From: Lingula anatina
Lineage: Eukaryota; Animalia; Brachiopoda
Assembly: GCA_051362555.1 (NCBI GenBank)
Contig: CM120649.1
Location: 18,428,567-18,492,566 of the forward strand
Direction of reading: 5' to 3'
DNA length: 64,000 nt
Notes under the pieces: model-generated
What the model saw: the letters and a program-made list of their open reading frames with translations, nothing else
What the model was told of the DNA's origin: nothing
Database searches by the model: none
Shown here: piece after piece, positions 51,057-63,089 of the stretch
How the letters are laid out: the number at the start of each line of letters is the position of its first letter
Position numbering within the stretch: position 1 is the stretch's first letter
Translations under genes and position numbers: made by a program

Positions 51057-54000
51057 CTTAAAAACAAGTAATAACTGCTGTACTTAAAAAACATGGCCTT
51101 TATGTCCAAACATGTGCAAAAATATTCTAAAAATAAAAGTAATCCTTGAAATTTAAAGTGAAAATATATTCCTACTTTTTTCTTTTTTCTTCTTACTTCA
51201 AAGCTATCCATAATATGAATTATTTAACCACACTCACAATAAATACAAGTAAAAAGTAAATAAAACAATAATAAAATGATTAAAAACAATGTTTAATGGG
51301 AAAAAAGAAACTTACTCTGACTTCCTCAATCATGATCTCTATATCAGATATTTCAACTATTTCCTTCACTCTCTCGCCAATCCTCCTCAGCAGCCATATA
51401 AGTAGCTGAAAGGAGCACTGCAGATGGCCAAAGACAAATTCCACAGGTTCTTTAGGACAGCAAGCACCCCCTAACTGAAGTTCAAGTACAATAGTCTCCC
51501 ACACCCCTGGAATCTTAAAAATGCCATCCAATTTTGTTTTTGCCTTCAAAGGCAGATATCGCTGTAAAACATGGACATTGGCAGGTAGTGCAGCAGCCAT
51601 CAACTCCCGATCTCCATTCTGATGAATTTCAAGATGGCCTATGTTTTGAACAATAACAGTAGGTTGCACTGCTGTCTCCATGTTTGTTTGCCTTATGCCT
51701 GCATTTAAACCTGGTCTGCCATAGAGCTGAGATAGAGCACACAAGGCCTGTTGGTCTGGAAGTTGTTGCTGTGGGATAAGATTTAGAAACTGCTGATGCT
51801 GTGCATGTTGCTGCTGTTGACACTGCAACTGATATTGTGGTTGCTGAATTTGCTGTTGCTGTTCATTAAGTTCTAGCTGAGATGGTGTTTCAACTATTGG
51901 ATAAGCCTCAGATTCCTTGTTAACTGGTTCTGATAATGGTGCCAACGCAGAGGAAGATGTAACCAGTTGTGGTGCTGGAAACACCGATTCTGCTGTAAGA
52001 TTCATAACTGACTGTTGCTGCAGAGGTTCTGATGTCCCTGGGGCTGAGAGACTCCACTGTGCCTGGTGGGACACCAAGGGGTTCATAACTGACTGTTGCT
52101 GCAGAGGTTCTGATGTCCCTGGGGCTGGGAGATGCCACTGTGCCTGGTGGGACACCAAGGGTTTCATAACTGACTGTTGCTGCAATTGTTCTGATGTCCC
52201 TGTGGCTAGAAGACCCTTCTGTGTATGGTGGGGAGCTGAAGGGTTCAGAACCAAGTGTTGCTGCAAAGGTTCTGATGTGTTCTGTGACTGGTTTCCCCCG
52301 AGGGGCCTCGGATCTTGATGCGACAACTGGAGAGCTTGTATGTTTATTTGTTCAGTGCCAGGTACCTTTGTTATCTGAAAGATAGTAAATTCAGACATCT
52401 GCTTGATGTATTATATAAACAAGGAAAGTGCACGGCGACGGCATCGGCATCGCCATCGGCATCGGCATCGGCGACGACAGACGCAGGTGATGGCAATATG
52501 TACAGACACATCTGTGTCTGTACATAAAAAAGATTTGAATCTGGTACTGGACTTAACAGTTTTACAGTGAATAATTATTATGCAACACAGAGCAGCTTTG
52601 GAAAAGACTACATGGTAACACATTTATGTGAACTAGTAGATCAAAACCCTTCATTCGTCTGAACAATTAAATGTTAAACATAATATGCATACAATGAAAA
52701 TGACAACATGTTTAAACAATAAATAGGCTCCTCAAATAACATGTGAACATAAAAGTTCAATGTCAAAAGTTTGGGCTAGTGATCAACTGCAAACTTTGCA
52801 TGTCTACAAACTGATCGTTAATCAATTAAATTAGTATAATATGAAGCAAAAGGTTTTGGAGAATGATTTTATCAGGCTCTATCCTGGAATTCTTTCCTCA
52901 TTACTCTCTCTCTCTCTATCTAATTTAAAGAAGAAACACTGACACCTCATATATACTGATATATCATTACCTCATGTAGTGGGCGGCTAACTTCAAGCTC
53001 TACTGACGACAGTCTTGCCATTTTACCCTTGAGGCCATTTTGGGCCATCAATATTTTGCTGGTGAAAATTTTAGGGCATGTTCTGCCTTCTGGATTCAAA
53101 GAAAAGGCACAAAACGGTTTGCTGTCATCTATTATCCTCTGGTAATCCAATGCCTAAAATAATTTAAACATTGCCACTAGTGACACTTTGTTTTAAAATG
53201 AAGATAAAAAACATCACAAAAATTTTACCGGTCCACCCAACACACTAATGAAACAAGATGGATAGGAAAGCTCAAACTTATAATACAGCTTTGAAAATGA
53301 GAAGTTATATATGCTCCTAATATCATATTAAACATTAGCAATGGATTGAAAATATGATTATTTGGTGAAATATCACATAAAAGTGTAATGTTATGTGTAC
53401 ATGATAATATTTTCTCTTACTTAATATATCATCTAGTATACCTTTTTATCTTCCCCTGTCAAAGTCCATCCTTGATAGTCCTTTAGAGTGACCAGCACAT
53501 CATGATCATCTTCACATACAATATGGTCATTGTTGTCATGGTCGCCATCCCCTTGGTCACCATCACCTTGGTCACCATCGCTATGGGGACAGATGTAAAG
53601 GTCAAAGTATCCATCAGGCACTATACGCCTCAGACCACTCCTTGTCATCCAACTGTCAAGAACCTGGAACATGTGCAAGCTGGCTATTATTTTGGTATTA
53701 TAATATGAGACTGTTTTATCCAGTGTAAGTTCAGGGACCATTCAGATTGAGAAGAGCCGAGTACTAGTAAGGCAGCGACCTAAATATGGTGGATCTACAT
53801 GAAAGGAAGACTGGTAATCCTGTAATGGTCTTCGCCTTTCACACGCCTCGATCCCCACACGTCGTCCCTGCAGGGCACAGTAATTAAGTCTCAGCTCAAT
53901 TCAACCGGCCGAGGGACAACGCCTGGAGATTATATGTGACCTAAATAAAAGAGATGAGGACACAGGCCATTGCGGTCTAGAAGGAGAATAGGTAATGGTG

Positions 54001-57000
54001 ACTTGTTTCCAGTGCCAGAAAGTGGAGCCGGCATGACCAGCAGAGCCATACAAGATGGGCCGGGACTAAACCCATAAGTACTGCCAGCGTACACGCTGGT
54101 AGTACTAATAACATGCTGGTAAGAAGAAAAATTGTCAAAGACTGTCTCAGCTTGCTTATTGGTGAAAAGCAATAATATGAATCTACTCAAAGAAGCTAAA
54201 TAACCAACACAATTGGCTATTACAGTTATCTCAAGTATTTTCAGCATTATAAACCCTCTTAAATGGACATAGCTAGCACAGTGTGCTAGCTATTGCAATG
54301 TGTCATAATTAACACAATATTTTACCTGCATGGTGTGGCACAGCTTATACAATATATATAGTGTATATCCTCTATGACCTGCCACAACTGACACACGAAA
54401 AAATGAAACAGAATAAATGTACTTTTTGTTTCACACTTGCAAGTGGCATTACCATTATTTCATCCGGAGTATTACTGATGCATTTGACATCAATCTGAAG
54501 CAGCTCTGTCCTAGGATCAAACTCTCCAAATGCTGAGGCCAGCATCTTTTTCTTATTTGATGAAGTGGTGTATTTACACAAGTTCCACAAAGCTGCAGTA
54601 CACCTGCAGAGTGAAAAAGCAGATGAAAATGTGTCCAGACAAACACTTAGCCAGATACTCACAAACAGCTATGAAGCTGAATTTAAATGAGATATTTTAA
54701 ATAAGTCCTTTATAATTAAAATTTACCACAAAGCAAGATATGCTTATAAATGCACTTCCATAGGAAACCCTTACATTCCTTTAAAATCTGTACTACTATT
54801 TTCACCTTCTGAAATGGCTTGCAACTATAATACACATCTTAGCAAAATGTCTCAGAGAATACTTCTTTTGTAAATGCATTTTAATGCTTGTATCAGACAT
54901 TTTATGTCTTTTTTTTTTTAATTCAAATTATAACTTAAACAGTACCACATAAATTCAGTACCTGGTTTGGCTGTAGATAACGACAAAGTCATTCTCATTG
55001 GTTGCCCATTTACAAGTCCCCATTAGGTCAGTTCTTGATGTCCAGAACTTCTTCTCCATCTCTGCATCATCACCATGTGGAATACAGTGAGGAAAACTCA
55101 GATACACTGGTTTCTGAAAGATTAAGTCATGTGGACCAATTACCACAATGGGGCTTGTTCTTGTCTGCTTGCCTCCCAAATGAGGGCTGTCACCTGGTCT
55201 CCAGCTGACTCCAAGGTACATCTCTGTCACTGTACCTTCAGGAAGGGAACCCCCTGGTACCACAAGTGTAACCCCCACTTCCTTTAAGTGAACATAGCCA
55301 CCATGATGGTCCATAGTGAACTTTTGAATGTAGATTCCAGATAAAATCAGTGCCAATTCAAGGTCACCTTTCTCTTTGATTGTGTCTTCCTGAGACAATG
55401 CAGCATCTGTAAAAAATAAAAAAGTAGGTTTACCTATAAAAGATGTGGACTCAAAGCTAAATTGTTTAACTTAAAATTTTGAGTTTGTTACCAAATTTAA
55501 TGACCAAGGCTCAAAATTCAGACTCAAAAATAACTTTTAAATCCTGCCTTTTAAATTATAACATGGCACAAATAAGAGAGGTTTCCATACCTTTTATTTT
55601 ACTAATTGTACTGTATTGTAGATGTCAAAAGTTTTATGCACTCACTTGTAGTATACATATGGACATGCATGCTACTTCTTTCTGTACTTGTCTCAGTTTC
55701 ATGTGCTACTGTCTACGTTATAAATTGGTGGCCATGCATATATAGAGTATTATACGTGTACATTATTTTTAAATGAAATCAATGGTTGCAAGCGAAGAAC
55801 CCTTTTTCTCCTAATGCTGCAACTCACCTTCAGAAAGATCACCGGAGATGAAGTCATCAGAGGCAACCTGATTACAACAAAAATAATGTAAATTTATTAA
55901 TTAGCCTAACATCAACTTTACAGGCACAGACAATAGACAATATAGACAATAAGCAAGCTGAGAAAGTATAGATGCATATCAAAAATGAAAATATGTTAAG
56001 AATAAAGTTGGGTACACTTTTCAGATCTTTTGCATGCCTTCACATACACAATATTTGTGAATCTAGTGTTTATTGCATTTCTGTCAAATATTGAATAATA
56101 TGTACATTTTAGCACAAATAAATATTTTATCACCCCAAAGGCATGTGAATTTCATGGAGATATTTGTGCACCAGTTAACATGTACAATACATTACTGTTT
56201 CATTTTTATTTTCTTGTATGAAATACGAACATTGCTGAAGATGTTTTATAAATACATATCTAATTTTAAACTAATTCAATTGTTTTTTTCCCCCCGACAG
56301 ATGAAATAAAATATATGCTTGACCTAAGATTAGTGGAAATATTTAAGAATCATGTGGACTTACTTCTGAAAATAATGAAGATAAGTCATTCATAATTTCA
56401 GTGTCTAATGACTTGTCACTACCAAGAGATGGAGGTTCTACTGTTGGAGAGTCAGGATATGTGAATCGGGGACCTTGCAACTCGTGTAACCCAGAATATC
56501 CACCTTTTGACAGTTTTTTGCCTTGAAATTTTCCCTCTGACGAGATACCAGGTTTAGTTTGGGAAATAACATCCTCATCTCTGTGCAACTTAGTACTGTG
56601 AGATGCAAATGGACCATGGGCAACAAATTCCATGTACTTTTCTCCTGTTCCTCCCAAAGGTTCTAATATGTACGTTCAAAAAAATATTTAATATTTTTGG
56701 CACACAAACACAGCATGATATTGCAACTTATGACTGAACTGACCATTTTTTTTCATAAATCATGTCTTAAGGCTACAGCATATAATTTCAATGGTGATAT
56801 ATATGATACTCAGAACAACAGTACTAACTATCAGTATTCTGATACTCAAGGAGATTCTGAACTCTTAAATCTAATACGTATCTGTGGCAGCAAAAAGTCT
56901 ATCAATAAAGAACATAATTTTTAAATGCATTTTAACCTTTGATCCTCATTGACAAATGTTTCAAAAATCCTTCTTCTCTGCTATCTATGGGTTTCAAGTG

Positions 57001-57121
57001 TCTCAAGGGCAAAGTTAATTCTCTCAGTTCTTCACTGGTGATGTCTGTATAGACAGGGATGACTTCTTTTTGCTGTGACATTGCCTCATCCAGTAACTCT
57101 TTTGTTTCCCTCTTCAAAATA
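50658..57121 (-). CDS. Multi-exon TIR-ZU5-UPA-Death-CARD protein (UNC5C-like/PIDD-like ZU5-UPA-DD module with a TIR domain and a C-terminal CARD-like domain); 5'-partial
   Basis: Exons 56937-57121, 56364-56662, 55828-55867, 54962-55406, 54453-54603, 53442-53663, 52971-53153, 51316-52374 and 50658-51056 are joined by GT-AG introns with matching phases (1,0,1,2,0,0,0,0). They give about 994 codons with no internal stop. Confidence 0.88.
51316..52374 (-). CDS. Large exon: Q/P-rich repeats followed by a Death-like domain
   Basis: 353 codons, cag|ata...aga|gtaagt. The C-terminal YLPLKAKTKLDGIFKIPGVWETIVLELQL...LLIWLLRRIG resembles a death domain. Confidence 0.85.
52001..52275 (-). repeat. Coding 81-bp tandem repeat (27-aa unit APGTSEPLQQQSVMNPLVSHQAQWSLS), about 3.5 copies
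   Basis: ttcataactgactg recurs at 52001, 52082 and 52163. Confidence 0.9.
52417..52530 (+). mobile_element. Miniature (about 110 bp) HINE-like element in an intron
   Basis: aacaagg 5' end joined to a ggcatc/gacg tract and the 3' hairpin seen at about 23175-23260. Confidence 0.75.
52971..53153 (-). CDS. Exon: UPA-like C-terminal part
   Basis: tag|gca...gag|gtaatg; 61 codons, phase 0-0. Confidence 0.78.
53442..53663 (-). CDS. Exon: UPA-like region with a DGDQG acidic insert
   Basis: cag|gtt...aag|gtatac; 74 codons, phase 0-0. Confidence 0.8.
54453..54603 (-). CDS. Exon: end of ZU5 and start of UPA-like domain
   Basis: cag|g CTAALWNLCKYTTSSNKKKMLASAFGEF...LQIDVKCISNTPDEIM|gtaatg; resembles the UPA 'Kxxx+xxF...lxvxcxxdxxd' motif. 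Confidence 0.8.
54962..55406 (-). CDS. Exon: ZU5 domain
   Basis: DHHGGYVHLKEVGVTLVVPGGSLPEG...SPIVVIGPHDLIFQKPVYLSFPHC is a ZU5 signature. Confidence 0.92.
55828..55867 (-). CDS. 40-nt exon VASDDFISGDLSE
   Basis: cag|gtt...gaag|gtgagt; needed to bridge phase 0 to phase 1. Confidence 0.8.
56364..56662 (-). CDS. Exon: low-complexity linker
   Basis: ag|aa..., donor gaa|gtaagt; phase 1 in, phase 0 out; open frame. Confidence 0.8.
56937..57121 (-). CDS. Exon: TIR C-terminal part (cassette exon 3 homologue)
   Basis: ttttag|t ILKRETKELLDEAMSQQKEVIPVYTDITSEELRELTLPLRHLKPIDSREEGFLKHLSMRIK g|gt; clearly homologous to exon-3 copies at 401, 5767, 7505 and 16519. Confidence 0.85.
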
Positions 57122-57164
57122 CTAAAATAAAGAACCATAATGTGATTTTTGCCATATAAAAAGG

Positions 57165-57180
57165 TGTGTGTTTGTGTGTA

Positions 57181-57231
<51 letters not shown>

Positions 57232-57260
57232 CTCAGAGAAAGAGAAAGAGAGAGAGAGAG
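57165..57260. repeat. (GT)n/(GA)n microsatellite in an intron
   Basis: Seen directly. Confidence 0.95.
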
Positions 57261-58081
57261 GGGGAGACTTTTTTAAAGAATTTATTGACAAATGCAAAAA
57301 CCACAGAAAAAGACAACAGTTACAATTTATGTACTTAAAATAAACACATGATACACATACTGTACAAATATCAGTATATATTGTAAAGAAAATACATACC
57401 TATGCCCAAAGAATACTTCCAGTATTCTTCCAAAAGGCCATTTAAATCTAAAACAACACTTACAATTAAAAACAGAGAAGACAATTACAATACACTTACA
57501 ACTGATAGTACATACTACAAAAATAAACAAACATACAAAAACAAGTTTTTCTAAAAGATATATTTAATCCAATAAATATTTTAATCATGCAAAATCAGAT
57601 TTGATCCCTTTTGGGACCAGATGTACTGAACGCACTAAATCATAGGAAGTTTTCACTCACTATCGTTCACTTACGCTCACTTTCACAAGTAACCTATTGT
57701 TGCATATTGTAAAGGTAATTAACATAATTAACATATCTCCCACAATGTATTGTTTCTTCTCTACCAGTTAGCCAACATACCCACATGTGGCTGGATGTTA
57801 TGTAATAAATGAGTTATATAAAAGTAAACTTAAGTTACATAACAAACAGAAAACTATGACATGGTGTCAGAATCGGGATCTACATTGGATATGTAGTATA
57901 ATTTGGAGATTGGATGACCCACAAACTACAAGATACAAATGGGTTTTGCATCACTAAAAAAAACAAAACAAAACACATGTATGGGATACAGAAGAGTGTG
58001 AATTGATCTTTGAAGGACCTTTAGATGCTGTGTCAGAAGAAAGACAAGTGAAATTTCTTCTCCTTTGAATCGGAGAAAAAG

Positions 58082-60468
58082 TATGGGCGGCCAAAAGGGC
58101 AAAAATTCATGTCGTCCATTCAGTTATATTTCATCAATTCACTGCCTTCCCATCGATTCACTTTCATGTTTAAACGATCCTGTCATAAATTCAACATCTA
58201 CTTTCGTCAATTCAATTGTCAAACATTTCTTATCTACGGTGTATTAAAACCAATGCTGTCATTATTTTCGTTGATCGTGTAACTATTCTCATCGATCGTC
58301 AAACTATTTTCGTCCATCGTGTAACTATTCTCGTCGATCGTCAAACTATTCTCGTCGATCGTCTAACTGTTCTCGTCGATCCTGTTACGTCACCTCATCA
58401 TTCATCGATCGATCACCAGAGGGCGCTGTGGTAGCACATTGGCCTATCACATGACTATCAAAATGGCAGACAACAAAATGATTGCTAGTGAAATAAGAAA
58501 ATTTTCTCAACAATTTCAATTTTAATTGTTAATAATTAAAATATATTCGGTTGTAGGGGCATTATTTTCTAGTTGTTTTCAACTCTGACCATGGCTGGCC
58601 GAGTTAAAAATTACCGCGTGATTGACAGACAGAAGCACGTGTTGCTACCGCAGCGCCCTCTGGCGATCGATCGATGAGACGATCGATGAGAATAGTTAGA
58701 CGATCGACGAGAATAGTTACACAATTGACGAGATTAGTTGGACGATCAACGACAGTGTATGAAATTCAAGGAAATTACTAGCCAGACCGCCGGGCAGGTA
58801 ACTCTGAAAAGCTACCAACCTGGCCATGTAGTTACCTGCCCTAGTTATGATAACCCCTAGAGTTAAGAGAGGTATGCTGAGGGGGTCTAGAATGCATTCT
58901 TGGGAGAGTAATTTGGAAATGAAAGGGCAATATCATGCCTTATGCATGGAAATTTAGAAATTGGTTGGAATTTCTACTGAATGATACCTTGTCAGTGTTG
59001 GATTTAGAGGGGGGGGGGGTCCTGACGCCCCCCTTTTAATTTCTGCAAAAAAAAAAAAACTCACCTCTTGAAATAAGACTTTCACTAGTTGAATCATAGT
59101 TCTAATTAAACCATACCAAATGGCACCATTCACCATCTAAAATACCAAAAATTTTCAGGGCCCTTTAGCGGGCGGGGGAGGGTGGGGGTAGTCAATTCAG
59201 TTTATGTTCACCTTGCAGGCTGTCTCATTTCTTCTTCAATAATTTATTTATAACTTTTATTACGATTTCGTTATATCGTTTGATCATAATTTTTGCTTTT
59301 CTGTATAGCAACAAGTATGACCAAATATATATATTGTTGTTAAATAAATCGATCTCTGTGCTGACAATAAAGAAGAAAGAATTCAGCATGAGGGTCCCTT
59401 TGAATATCGCTTTTAAGCTTTAAAAAGCGGTCGGGAACGGTCCTGCACGCTAATCGCCCATAGACAGTCCTGCAGGGCCCCGTATCTCGAAAGCATTGCT
59501 TATTGAGAATAGCTATATATATATCACATAGAGGCTACAATATATTATATGGGGCGAGTATGGGCGAGTTATTGGATCGAGATGCTTGCGCTCGGTCGCA
59601 ATGCGTGATACTTTCGAGTGACGGTTTTACAAAAAATGTTACCGCTCGACTAATTGCAAATTGAAGTCACCTTAATTTCCATGGGTCCCAATTTGTTCTC
59701 TTTCGTTTGGTTCTCCTTTAATTTGCCTCCGTTGCCTTTATTACTGTTGATTATAAGCACTTCATGTACCTATAAGTCTATTTTATCAATATCATAACTT
59801 TTTATACTTTCACATTTTGATTACTCTCAACCTACAAATTGCTACTCGCGGGATCTCCTCTACACAAAACAATGACGTAACGTTATCTGCTGTGCACTGA
59901 AGCTGGTTAAGAACAATGTGCCTCGTTTCAAGTTGTCTTTCAACTTCATATCACACAGACAGAACTTCGAAAACGAGGCCAATGAGAGGGAGACTGTTGG
60001 TTACATTTCGATACGAGCGTTCGATTGCAAGCTATGGTTAGTTCTTTGCTTCTATGAAAGTGGGTAAAAACAGTGAGTTTATTTTGCTGAAATCGCTTGT
60101 GAACATAGACAAAATAAAAGGTAAAAAATAGGCTGTAAATTAGCCAGCCCGTCGGGCGGGTAATTTGCAAATCTTACCCGCCCGGCCTGAAAGTTACCAG
60201 CCTCGGGCTGGCGGGCAGGCGGCCATTTCATACACTGTCAACGAGATTAGACGATTGACGAGAATAGTTACACGATCAACGAAAATAGTGACAGCACTGG
60301 TTTTAATACACCGTAGATGAGAAATGTTTGACAATTAAATTGACGAAAGTAGATGTTGAATTTATGACAGGATCGTTTAAACTTGAAACTGAATCCATGG
60401 GAAGGAAGTGAATCGACGAAACATAACTGAATCGACGACATGAATTTTTGCCCTTTTGGCCGCCCATA
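58082..60468. mobile_element. IS3EU-like non-autonomous element inside Gypsy gag
   Basis: TATGG...CCATA ends, more than 200-bp TIRs and 6-bp TSD aaaaag. Confidence 0.8.
58753..60237. mobile_element. P/hAT-like element nested in the IS3EU-like element
   Basis: TIR cagtgtatgaaat / atttcatacactg with 7-bp TSD tcaacga. Confidence 0.8.
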
Positions 60469-62880
60469 AAAAAGGCCGCAAAATTGTGAAAACTATTAAC
60501 ATTAATGATCCAGACGTGTTGACCTCGTATTGGCAATAGTTGGAAGAACACACGAAGCCCAAGAGTAACTTTCGAATTCAGAGATTTTAACTTAAAGCAT
60601 GCAGACAAGAAGCAGGTGAGAGCATTGATTCTTTTGTCAGACGAATCAGACTCGTGACAAATGAATGCAAATATACCGATGTTGAACAACACATAATTGA
60701 CACTCTTATTTTTGGCACTAACTCAGAGCAAATTCAGGCAAAATTATTACAAAGAGAGGAATATTTGACACTAGATCATGCAGGCTCTTGTCATTGCACG
60801 AACAGAGAAAGCAACTAAGAAACAGATTGAGGATCTTCACAGCATATCAACAAAGGAAATTCATGCACTACAACCAAGTGGAAACAGTCAAAGAGGGAGA
60901 CCGGCCACTACAGACAGCCACAACATCGCACTCCTCGCCAGCAAACTCAGTCTAAGTTACCAAGCAAACAATGCTCACGACCACCACTACAAGAATGTGG
61001 TAAGTGTGGAACTGAACATGGTTTTCAACAGTGCCCAGCTAAAGGCACAATTTGTCTCAAATGTGGCAAGCCAGATCACTGGAAAAGGGTATTTAGAACA
61101 AAAACAGTAACTGCATCGACCCATAGTAAAACTGTGCATTCAGTAACAAATGAAAGTGACAGTAGCAGTGTATACTTTGACTCTATATATGTAGATAGAA
61201 TTCAATCAAAACAGTCCCCAGTCAAGCCATTTGCTGACATTGAAGTTAAAGCTGAGAACTCTACTTCAACATTACGTTGCAAAATAGACACTGGTGCTAA
61301 GGGAAATGTAATATACCACTGTCTTCTTTCAAAAAACTTGCAATTAAGCAACCACTAAAGCCTACCAATGACAAGATTACTGCATATGGCAGGGTATGAA
61401 ATTTGTATAAATTTGAAGCCGGACAGCAGGGCTGGCAACTTGAAAAGTAGCCAGCCCTGAACAAAAGTAGCCAGTCCTGAATTTTTTTGAAAATTACCTT
61501 TAAAATTGATTAAACCAATTGCAGGCAAGAATGATATTGAAACAGGGACTCTTAGTATCAAAGTGAATTTATTCAAGTAGATTCTTCACTGTCAGCATCT
61601 GAAATGTTATGCTCTGAACCCAAATCGGAAAAGTCTGATTCACTGTGACTGTCATAATCAGAGTCTAGTTGCATGACCCGCTTGTTACAAATGCTCCGTG
61701 GGCATACTTATGAAATCTTTCTGGTTGTTGCCTAGAAATGGTGCAAGTACACTTCGATAGGTCTTGCAAAAAAGTTTGACCTTTTTATTATCAGTCTGAT
61801 CACAAATTAACCAAGAATATTCAGTTTTCCACGATGGCACAACTGATATTTTCCTTTTGCAGGGCTAGACTCTAACTTTAATGAGCACCTGTCCTTTGGA
61901 CAGGTGGTCATAAATTTGACGTGTCTGATTTTGAATACAATCTGTCCATCAAAACCAATTTTTTTCCATTCATACCTCTTGGTGAACTTTGTAAACATTA
62001 ATATGTGTAGTCATACATGTAATGTATTTTTTACCAAGATATTCAGTCAAATGAGCCTGGAAAATGAAGTGGATTTATTTTCAGATAAAAAGTCATTTTT
62101 TCATACTTGTGAACTCCTGAATATTTAATCTTGCATATAAGTCTGATTTAACATGGTTTCGATCAGGGCTTTTCCCAGGGTTTGGGGTACAGGGTCCACT
62201 TATTGTAAATCTGAAACTTGATAACAGATTGACATGAAGTTTAACCAGGTCTTAAAAATATACTGTGAGCTGGAGGTGGTGGTGTTGGTGGTGTTGGTGG
62301 TGGTGGTGGGTGGGGTGGGGGGGGGGGCAGTGTTATATTATTTTATTAAAATATTCAAAATTTATAAAATTTGAATAAATTTCATTAAAAATTGAAGAAT
62401 ATTCATTGTATAATAGTTTACTTATATAAATATCACTTATTTTAAAGTTTTTAAATTGATATTTATATTAACAATTTGCTTTCTTTAGGGGTAACATGTT
62501 TCATTTTTGAATGTACAGTATGAATTAAATAAAATCAGTCATTTAAAAAAATCCCCCTTCTTTTTATTTAAATTCTCATATTTTTATTATTTATTTTTTT
62601 ATTATTTATTTTCTTCCTTACAGCAATACCACATTGGTATATGATAGCACTGCTAATTTATCAAATTCCAGCACTAAATTTTAAACTGTAAATAACACAG
62701 GTGGTGCTAGAGTCATTAAATAAAACATCTTACAAAATTTCAGGTTATGCAAATAAACAACATTTCAACAAGATCTTAAGTCCCAAAGTTTGACTTTCCA
62801 ACTTCAAATGGTTGTGAGGAGAAAGCGTGCAACACATTTGATACACTAGATACATCCAGTCCAATCTGGCTGTTGTGTAG

Positions 62881-63089
62881 TTTAAAAATTATCGACCAAT
62901 ATCAAACTTGCCCTTCTTAGGGAAGTTTCTTGAGAAAATGGCATGTATACAACTGAATAACTATCTAGCTCAAAACAGTCTATATGGCAAGTTTCAATCA
63001 GCTTATAGAGAAGGACATAGCACAGAAACAGCTCTCCTAAGGGTTCATAATGACATCATGCTTTCCTTAGACAAACAAAAAGATGTTAT
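62881..63089 (+). mobile_element. CR1/L2 LINE RT fragment
   Basis: KNYRPISNLPFLGKFLEK...FQSAYREGHSTETALLRVHNDI. Confidence 0.9.

Larger units (their letters stand above)
57622..61390 (+). mobile_element. Degenerate Ty3/Gypsy LTR retrotransposon: candidate LTR 57622-57861, PBS 57862-57880, gag and protease remnants
   Basis: TG...CA followed by tggtgtcagaa (tRNA-Leu-type PBS); CELIFEGPL...FLLL, RQEAGESIDSFVRRIR, CGKCG...CLKCGKPDHW knuckle and KIDTGA protease motifs; no second LTR seen. Confidence 0.85.

Noticed and set aside
51917-52318. Plus-strand Cys-rich 133-aa ORF
   Set aside because: Antisense shadow of the CAG/CAA-rich coding repeat.
58260-58410. Short regular repeats resembling a CRISPR array (also 46010-46170)
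   Set aside because: No unique spacers or cas genes; these are MITE subterminal repeats in eukaryotic DNA.
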